NCBI GenBank assembly: GCA_000708835.1
Contig: DF237241.1
Coordinates: 45,961-109,960, forward strand
DNA length: 64,000 nt
Direction of reading: 5' to 3'
Source: Klebsormidium nitens
Lineage: Eukaryota > Plantae > Klebsormidiophyceae
Positions 54,843 to 64,000 of this stretch are shown piece by piece. Position 1 is the first letter of the stretch; the number at the start of each line of letters is the position of its first letter. Under the pieces are notes generated by a model. It saw only the letters and a program-made list of their open reading frames with translations, had not been told where the DNA came from and searched no databases. Both the position numbers and the translations under genes were made by a program.

Positions 54843-56663
54843 GCTCCTTTCAAGACTAGCCAGGTCTGGTCATCGTCACTGTTGCTGCCCGGCCTTCCAA
54901 ACGTGTTGTGCCACCAATTGGTTTGATTGCTCCATTTCACTAGGTGGCAAGCCTGTGAGTGCATGCACGCCCCATTGCGGGGTGACTCGCTCTCCACGTG
55001 CACGGGCCTGCAGGCTGCCAGCTTCTCCTTGAGCACACTGAGCGACCAAATTCAAGGTGTTCACGTGGTTGGTGAGATGTAAACCTACAGCAACGGCAAA
55101 GATGAGGGCAAAGTTTGTCAATGTATGCTTTCAGCGAGCGGCCTGCTGACGGAGATGTGGGAAGCTTGTAACAATCCTCCTACAATAGTCTCTTGCTCGT
55201 CTCCTGTCTTTGTCTCAAAACGCTGCCAACTAGCAACTGGACTCGTAAGGAAGGAGTTGGACGAGCTTGGCCAGCGGGGACAACATGAAGTCCCCAACCG
55301 AAATTTGGAGCACAAAGCAACGAAGGCCCATGGTCCGCAAGTGCTGCTTTGAATAGCCCTAACTGACTCTTTGGAAGTCCTGAAGGACTATAGAGGTGAC
55401 GAGCACGCTTACCCTCCAACGAGAAGCTCTCGTCATCAAACACAATACGATGGCAGGGTGCACAATAAGCAGAAGTACAATTGCAACTCACGTAGCTTTC
55501 GCCACAACTAGGGGAGAGCTCGTGCCTACCGTTCATGTTCCTTTCCTCAACGTATCAAACGAAGGAAATAGAAGCAGGTAAAGCCACTCACAACATACCT
55601 GACAAACACTTTCGGCCCGTAAGGCACAGCGGCTCACCTTTCTGGAGGCCCATCGATGTATATAAAGAGCGGAGTTTTGTCAGAGTGAGCCTTTGAGGGC
55701 AGGGGTGTGCCCCCAGGACTTCCAAGTATTAGGAGCTATGTTATGGAAGGGGGCGCGTGAGGCCACGGCAGCGGCGGCGGCTTTGACAGAGCTCGGACTT
55801 TTTCATGGTGCCCGCTACACAATGGCCAGCAGCTTCTGCAGACAGTGACGTGAAGGATGTTGTAAGCACGAATAATTGCCAGCAGCAACATCGCGGCGCT
55901 GACCATGGGTTTTGCAATGAGAGAGCAACCACCAACTTGGGCCAATATGATGAGATGCTGAATACACAATGAACAACTTGTTGTTGAGGGTTGGCGACCA
56001 CACATAGCTCCATGACCCTTCAACGGCCACTCACCATCAAGTAGGAGCAGAATCAGGGGCTGTTCCGGCGGCTGCCAGAGCTGCTTATGTGCTTCAACCC
56101 CGCTTCAACATTCACCTGTATGCCAGTGCGGGCATTGTGCCACAGCGCTCTCTGGAGCAGCTCATACACCACCCCTACTCTGTGTTGCCCGCAAGCATGG
56201 CACTGTCCGTCTGATGTCAGCCTCCAGCATTGAGCACAAGCGGACAAGAGGCGTTCATAGCTGCACGCCCCTGTCAGTGTCACATGTGCCCAATGAGCCT
56301 AATGGCCCATGAGTCTGCATGATCTTCTGTTTTGCACAGCATCAAGAGCCAGAAGGAAAGACTCTCATAATATGATATACGCGCAGCTTTAACCCGGTCT
56401 TATAGGAGGTATTTGGCACCGGTATACTGGAACTTCTGTAAGCGCTGGTTCGGACAGGTTGCCCGGTAGAATCAAAGAACTCGACATTTCGGCATCAGCT
56501 TATACGGCATGTACTAAGCCAACGGCAATGGCTGAGAAATAGCTTGTGGTCTCGGCCAAACTCAATTCACCCACCCTTCTCTGCTTCATTCAGGCGACAG
56601 AGGCGCTCTCTCTCTGCTTATACAGCCGATCCTTGGTTGCTGATACCCCTCAGAGCTTCAAGC

Positions 56664-59600
56664 ATGAGGCCTCTTCTGATGAAGGGCCACGAGAGGCCCT
56701 TGACCTTCTTGCGGTTCAACAGAGACGGCGATCTGCTGTTTTCGTGTGCAAAAGATCACCACCCAACAGTGTGGTATGCAGACAACGGGGAGCGAATAGG
56801 CACGTACAACGGGCATAATGGAGCAGTTTGGTGCTGCGATGTCACAAGTGAGAAGCGTGCTCCTGCCCACTGTCTTACAGCAACTCCTCTGTAAAGGGTT
56901 TTTGGCGCTCATAGCATTTGCTGTGTGGTCCCTCCTCCTTTGCAGAGGATGAGGTCACAAGCATATTGCTCGACCATACCAAAATCTATCGCAGTATAAT
57001 TATCTGTCTTTTGAAGATGGTCGTCCACTATTTGCATGTTTTTGAGATGCTCTCAATGGTAATGGTTGTGTCACTCAACTTTTGTGGGCATGATTGAGCA
57101 ACATCTGCCCCGCTGTTTATGCCTGCGGCAGGCCAATCACACAAGAAAGAAATGTTGGCATCTCAGCTTTTGCACCATTTGATTGAGTGAGATCTTCTTT
57201 AAGTATCAGCATCAAAATTGCGAGACTGGATACACCCCATCATGTGGCGGCTGTCACACCGAACAACAATTGCCCGTTTTCGCAGGAGACTCGAGTACTT
57301 TGGTCACGGGGTCGGCTGATGCCACCGTCAAGCTATGGGACGTGGCGTCGGGCCGCTGCCTGTACACGTTTGATATGAAGGTCCCTGTGAAGTCAACAGA
57401 GTTCTCTGTGGGGGAGAACTTGTTGCTCATCACGACAGATCCGTTCATGGGGGCACCCTCACAGATTCATGTGAAGAGAAGAGCCAAGAATGTGGAAGAT
57501 CGTGAGCCACCCTCGTCGACTGATTGGCCGTTTGCTGCAGGAGCTAGCCTGATAGTTTTCAAGGCGCTGGGAGAGGATTGCTCTTATTTGTGTTCTCAGA
57601 GTATGAAGCAATTGGGTATGCAGCGTTTTGAGTCTCAGCGGGGAGATTCCGCTTGGTAAGTTTGCATCTTTTGCCTTCTGACACCCCGCCTTCCTGCAGA
57701 GGAGGATGACACGTTGCTGACCATCAAAGGACCTCAGGGAAGAATCAACAGGGCTGTCTGGGGGCCATTGAACAAGACGATCATAAGTGCTGGAGAAGAC
57801 GGCGTGGTCAGGATGTGGGATGCGGAGGTGAGCAATTGATACAAAAGCGAGGCCCATAGTGCTTGCCTGTGAGAAAGCTCGTGCTCGATCCAGAAATTGT
57901 GGACAGTAAGTAGACCCCTGCACACTGGAGGCAGCCCGACAGCGGATGCACGGTATTGAGCCCAAGGCGGCAGGCAGGTATCTCAAACGGTCAGCAATTA
58001 TGCGGCGCAACACCGCTATGGTTGCCAGGGGCACAGCTTCGCTAAAACGCGCCAATTGGAGTCAAAGTTTCGAGTGGTTGTGCTTTCCTGCTCCATTTCT
58101 TGAAGAGGCTCAGGTTTGGGGCCGAGGCCCCGCGGTTGCTTGTATAACATTCTGTGTCATGGTGAACAGTGCGTGGGCAGAGGGCATGCCTCGTCTTCTG
58201 TTTTCATTATTGGACAGGAGTGGAACGCTTCTGTTTCAACCGAGGGGTGCTACTGCTCAATGATGCTTCCCCGCTTACACTCCCCGGCTTTCCATGTGCA
58301 GACCGGAGAGCTGCTCGAGCAAAGAGAAGCCCACGAGAAGGCCATCTCTAGCCTGGCGCTCTCACCAGACGGCTCGCACTTCATCACTGCTTCCGCAGAC
58401 AAGAGTGCCAAGGTGAGACTTTGTTTAAGGGTGGATCGTGAGTTGCTCGATTGGCAGCTCAAGTTGTTGTGTAGACAGCAGTAGCATGACGTTGTCCTTA
58501 GAACAGTAAGTTTGGCAAAGCTTGGCAGGAATCGTAGTACCATCTTCCTTTCATTATGTCAGCTTCTGCAGCATGGCTTCTTCGTGGTGCCACCTTTCGA
58601 CGTCCTTGTCCAGGTCGTAGGGCGGAGTTCGAGTGCAGCGCGGGGGAGGTGCCTGGCCTTTTTTGATCTTGTTTGGCTAGCGATTGCATGGAGTCGTCTT
58701 TTGGTATCTTGGATACGGCAGTTTCGTACTTTTCAGGAGCCTTTTGGCACATGCCTGGGTTCTGAGTTGTGTAGGTGCTTGTGACGCGAGACGGAAACCG
58801 GAGGTGCTTATGGCGACCTTGAAGTGACCGACTTTGTGTCCCTCTGATTGCAGCTCTTTGACACCCGGTCGCTAGAGGTTCTCAAGACTTACCAAGCAGA
58901 AGCCCGAGTAAACGCAGCTGCGATCTCCCCACTGTTAGACCATGTGAGTGAACCATCGGTGACTCGGTCCCTGCACATGCATCATCAGACATCTGCATCC
59001 TCATAGCAAGCGAGCCTTATTGAGCCTGAAACACGCTACGGTGATCTTCCGAAGTTGTGGGTCTCGGATGAGCGATGCGTATTCTTGTGGGCCTTCAACG
59101 GCGAGTCTGACAAGCGGAGGACCGCGGTTGTATCAGTTGTTTGAATTGTCGCTTAAATCTTGAAGTGCGTGTCTTAAGTTTTGCATAGGAGCAGAAGCAG
59201 AGGCAAGACGCTGCCCAGCTCAAACCTTGGTCCCTTTTTTTTCCGGTTACCTCGTTTTTAAGTCTTGGTGGGTTTCACCCTGGCACTGGATTGGGCAGTC
59301 AGGGAGTGCAAAGTAGTTACATAACGGCCGTCTTACCAATGTCCGCATGCCAGGGATCCCTTTGACAACCTCGTCGGTCTATTGGATCAAAGCTGTGTGC
59401 TTCGATTATTGGTGGGCGTGACTACTTTCGGTCCTGTATGGTGACGACCTTTCGTTTGCGCGTCAGGTGGTGCTTGGAGGAGGACAAGAGGCTCAGAACG
59501 TGACAACGACCTCCTCAAGAGCGGGAAAGTTCGAGGCAAAGTTCTTCCACAAAGTAAGTCGTGCCCTGGGGATGTCATCCGTTTCGAATGCTGAGGTGAA

Positions 59601-60101
59601 GCGCTTTTCGCTTATGCTCAATTGAACCTGTCTTGTGGTGACTCAGTTGAGAAATTTCCCTCAGGAAGAAGTGATTGCCTCGCTTCCAGAGTTTGTGCTA
59701 CCTCTTCTGCCGTCTTTTCCGCGGTGCATCATACTGACACATTTTCGCCCACGTTCTCAGATCTTCGAGGAGGAGTTAGGTGGTGTGAAGGGTCATTTCG
59801 GGCCCATCAACGCCCTAGCATTCTGCCCGGACGGCCGAGGGTAAGTATCGATGTCTCCTTATTGTCCACCTAAGTTAGATTCTGCTCGTTTGATGTACGC
59901 CAACCCTGTCTCGATACTGTGAAAAGCCAGCAAGTACTGCATCCGACAAACGCGGTTAAAGCTTTCCGAATGTTTCTGTGGATGTCGCCAGGCTCAACTT
60001 AAATCTTGAATAATTCTGTCTGCAGGTTTGCAAGTGGCGGTGAAGATGGTTATGTACGGATGCATCATTTTGACCCTCAGTACTTCACGATGAAGGCTTA
60101 G
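56664..60101 (+). CDS. TIF3I1: Eukaryotic translation initiation factor 3 subunit I (WD40)
   Basis: [97 protein letters not shown] and [16 protein letters not shown], all joined at GT-AG junctions. Confidence 0.98.
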
Positions 60102-60882
60102 ATAGCAGGACGGAAGGGATAGCAGAGAGCGGAAGAAGGTTCGACTTGACCTTTTTAAGCAGTCCCATGTGTATGATAAACGCCTAATAAGTAGTGTTCA
60201 TGGTGCCTTGAACACAAGCCCAGCACTAAGGGCGTTTTCGCCCAACGGTTGCGTGTGTGCACACATGGTCAACAGGTTGATAGCAATTTTCAACGTCTGC
60301 CAAGACGGTTGAATCGGCGGCTCAAACAAATTTTGCATGGACGTTAGCTGTACCAGTCTGCACGTCGAGACCTAGGCCCGCCGGGCTACTACTTATCATG
60401 CTGGCATGCTTCTATTCCGTTGCACTGCAGGGGCAATGTCCATATGCGACACTCGTTGTACCTGACTGCGTACTGCATGCATGTCAGCGGATCCGACGTT
60501 GCCAGCTACAGTCAGCTTGAGCTGCAAACTAATTCACACTGCACAACTCTGATTGAATCCAACATGCAGCTCATCAACCAAACGTGTATCGAAGTGCATT
60601 AGACTCAAACCTATATAGCCAGGCCAGCTCAGGAGTCATGCAGCATGCGATGCATTGGCTCATAAAATTGAGTGCCTGCTCATGACACATTGTCAAACCT
60701 GCATGCATGATGACCATTGGCGAGTAGTCAAGTTGGACGTGGCAGTCAAAGTTCAAATTGCACACCCGCATAAATTGGTGCAGGAACTCGTTTGGATCAT
60801 TTTAGCAAAAAGCAGCAGAAACATTGTCAGGACTACAATCTTTCGTATTCCAGTCAACTGTGATGGGCTTCATCGGTCGCAG

Positions 60883-63722
60883 TCAAGACGGCACCTCTTC
60901 CGTCGCCCTCCTTTTTTTCTTCTTTTTCTTGGTCGAGGGCTCTGCTGAAATCCCTTCTGCAAAATACCGCATGTATTCTTCAAGCAAAGGTACAAGTCGT
61001 CGTTCTGATCAATGTTTTTCTAAAGCGCTGCAATCATGTCTCTGTCCTTAACAAAAAGCGAGACCACCCAACACAGCAGAAAGCGCCCGGGGCTCGTAAG
61101 AAGGGATCGTCTGACACAACTTGGAAGGAATCAAGAACGAGTGCGAGGTCTTACCAGCAACCGCTAGTTGCCTTTCTGCCCCGTCCGTTTCCGCAGTGGG
61201 TTGTATCGACCGGTGTTGAGCTGTCCCCAGTATCTGAGCAGCGGGGGTGTTGGGCAGCCGATCCTCGTGACCTGCTTTTGGCACGCGTTTAACTAGACTC
61301 ACGTGCCGATCGCATTGTCTCACTGCAATACACGGAGTCTCCAGTCCATGAGAAACTCCCACCCGGTAAAACAAAGGCCCTCAGAGGAGGGGATGGGGAG
61401 GGATCCTTGAGCGGCTGCCCCCCTTTTGCAGGCGACACATGGGCACTAGATGGTGCTGGAGTAATGAGGCAGATTTGGCTGCGCTGGCCCTCTAAGCCAC
61501 CAACAGGACAAAAGCTAAAGCGTCCTAACATAATCCGTGCGACCAGAATGAAGGTATCGTTTTCAAAGGTCGGTGCCTGCGAAAGCTTGAACCAATGGGT
61601 ACATCGTCGCACAAACTCGTATTCCGGGTGAATCTATGCAACTTACTCACCAAGGATTTCCAGTCCCTAGCTTGGGATTTAGATTGACCTCTCTTTGAGG
61701 TGCTGCTTTCTCCAAATTCAAAAGGGTTCAGAGTTGAAAAGGGCATATCACATGAATCAGCCATTCTTGTGCAGAAAGCCAATGCACTTGGGTGGATCTC
61801 TCCTCGCTTTAAGGACGCGCCGTGACCGTTCGCCAAATTCCGCATTGGATATGCTGATTTCACTTCCTTAGGCCCATGCAAAGTCAGAAGCGGGATCAGA
61901 ACAGAGGATATAGGAGCGCAGCCGAATTGAGCTCTCAACGTTGATCAGAACTCGACATCTTCTTGGCAGCTCATATCAATTATCATGACGGACTGCTCAC
62001 ACCGTCCACATCAAGCGTCCCTATAACGTCACTAGAGAAGCCAACAATTCCAAGTTTGACACCGACTTCAAGGCAATAACGTCCATGCGACTCGACGTCC
62101 CCCTTGAAGCTTCATCGCAACCAGAATGAGGAGATCACGACCTGGTCTTATTTGCAAAGGCTTGCAGAAAAGCCTTACCGAAGCTTCTCCGGCCTTCCCC
62201 TGAGCTTGGAGCGACCACACAAAGCTGCTTTGCTAGCGCTGCAGGCTCGGCCGTTATTGAGTATGAGTCGCCTGCATGCATGGCGGAGGACGCAGTAAGC
62301 AGGAGCCTCATTCTCGCACCACAGAGGGCTTAAGTGTGACCAGAGAGTATCATCAATTCGAAACCAACGGCACGGGTCACTAATTGAGTCAGTCACTTCC
62401 CAATTGCATCTTCTGGGCTGTGAAAGGTGGTTAGCATGTACATGGACGAAGCGGATGCTACCCTTCAGAGACAGTGTCCAGATCTGTCGTTGATCAATAG
62501 CCACCCCAGGTCCAGGTTAAACTGACACAAAGCGATTCTGAGATGGACGGCGGGGACTCAAACAACTGCCCTTCAGACCTTGATCAGTGTCTAGAGGGAG
62601 GCACACATGCCTCCCCTCACCGGAGAACACTGCAGACACAAATGTCTTCCTCTTGGTCCGTACTCAAGTGCACTTTCTGAGCGTTCACCTTCGGATGACT
62701 GCAGATGCCCAAGCTCTCCGTCTGCGACATGAGTGCGGACTTTCCAGGTGACGCCATCAAGGGAAGTAGGGTCAAGCTGCAAGCAGACGCTCCTAGTGTG
62801 AGCCACACTAAGTACATTCAACCTCCTTTTGCAAAGATGCGTTCAAAGAACCAACATCGTAGGGCTTGGTTCTTGAAAGTGCAGCATCATACTTCAGAGA
62901 TCCAACCCCCAATTGTTGCAAAATTTTGAAAAGTGAAGCTCGAAGGAGCGATGTGAAGGTGGTGGCACAGTGAAGGAACTTGCATTCTACATACCGATGA
63001 ACGGAGTGAATGCACTTCTGGACAACAAAAGGACAGCATCATGAGACTGCATATCTGCCGAAGAAGGTGCGCTTCAGTACCTGTGGTGGAAGTTGGATCA
63101 GCCACACTTCCGTCCCATTGTCTTGTAGTGTCTCTGCCGGCACTAGTGGCTTGTCTGTTATCTGCTTGAAGCTCGCTGGGGGTTGATATCTGCACAAGTC
63201 AGATTTGATAGTGTCTGATTGAGTGGGGCTTGCTTTCTAGCACACTTCTTTGAACCAGAAACTCTGAGGAGAGCTCAAAAGAGGGTCAACATCTAAAGTG
63301 GTACTTCTTAAGGTCAGAGAGAGGGGCAAGAAAGTTATATGCACATTTTTCGCCATTTGCAAACGTTGACAAAATGAGCACAATATTCTCTCACCTTTTT
63401 GGTGGTGCAACAGCGACGGCGCTTCTCCCCGCAGCCTGCAGATAAGCAGCATTTTAACAGCCCTACCTCAAACATGGACGTTGCTGCATTTACAGCACAT
63501 TATTACAGAAACCACTATCTTCATCGTCGAAGGACCATGTGTAGCTCATGACCAGTCACATCAATATGACACTCTAAATGGTCTATTGATCAAGAAGAAA
63601 ACTTTCTCTGTGCCAGGCTTCAGTTCTCAAGCTTGATGGGGCAGTGCCGGGAGAGAGAGCAGCACCCTTACCTCTGACCTCGCCGTCTCATTCCGTTTCC
63701 TCTTTCTCGCTGCTTCCGACAT
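60883..63722 (-). CDS. RNA polymerase I subunit RPA34/PAF49-like protein, 207 aa, 7 small exons
   Basis: Exons 63722-63672, 63435-63395, 63189-63081, 62776-62689, 62271-62179, 61322-61155 and 60956-60883 join with consistent phases (624 nt). Motifs: RYQPPASF...EVWLIQLP, RHVSLV and a Lys-rich tail STKKKKKKRR. Confidence 0.75.
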
Positions 63723-63925
63723 CCCTAAGAGCAGAGCCGCCTTACACTAATATCAGCACAATAAGGGCAAAGGATTATTTGCAACCTCTTCAGACGTAAT
63801 GCTGCAACTTCAAGTTGAAGTACATACAGTATGTACACTGATGTCATGCTACATCTGCCAATCTGCTTCAAGCTTGTCTGCTTGATCGAAGGGAAAGAGA
63901 ATTTGAACCTTGTTGAGGGCAGCTC

Positions 63926-63981
63926 AAACCCTAAATTTCTTAAGGTCGAACTTCCCTAATTCGACGATTTCAAAACCCTAA
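63926..63981. promoter_or_regulatory. Two telo-boxes (AAACCCTAA)
   Basis: AAACCCTAA at 63926-63934 and 63973-63981, about 200-260 bp upstream of the RPA34-like ATG. Telo-boxes are typical of plant ribosome-biogenesis and translation gene promoters. Confidence 0.55.
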
Positions 63982-64000
63982 TGCCGTGGGACGATGACAA

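Noticed and set aside
54876-55121. NTLNLVAQ resembling the hAT transposase HxLNL motif
   Set aside because: It lacks the catalytic context; the match is too short.

Overview
Eukaryotic nuclear DNA, gene-dense and intron-rich, with GC-rich exons and GT-AG introns. The gene content and exon style suggest a streptophyte (charophyte-type, Klebsormidium-like) green alga; this is an inference. Splicing the exons by hand gives 13 protein-coding loci, in order: a putative plastid-targeted tandem CxxC zinc-repeat protein (-), CD2BP2/LIN1-like with a C-terminal OCRE domain (-), FAX1 (+), a G-box-binding bZIP (-), a Pin3/Lsb1-like Q/Y/P-rich protein without SH3 (+), serine decarboxylase (-), SWC2/YL1 (+), a disabled zf-XS/XS-coiled-coil-RING gene (-), mitochondrial HSP60 (+), a sulfotransferase-like type II membrane protein (-), a START-domain protein (-), eIF3i (+) and a small-exon RPA34-like Pol I subunit (-). 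Non-coding features include a 270-bp MITE with 23-bp TIRs, a long imperfect inverted repeat (54523-54842), a short dispersed repeat family, several intronic tandem duplications (two copy splice signals) and a degenerate telomere-like tract. No tRNA, rRNA or CRISPR features were seen. The most unusual items are the XS-RING architecture with inactivating lesions, the Pin3-like protein, the sulfotransferase-like gene and the hairpin. All homology calls come from motif recognition, not database searches.
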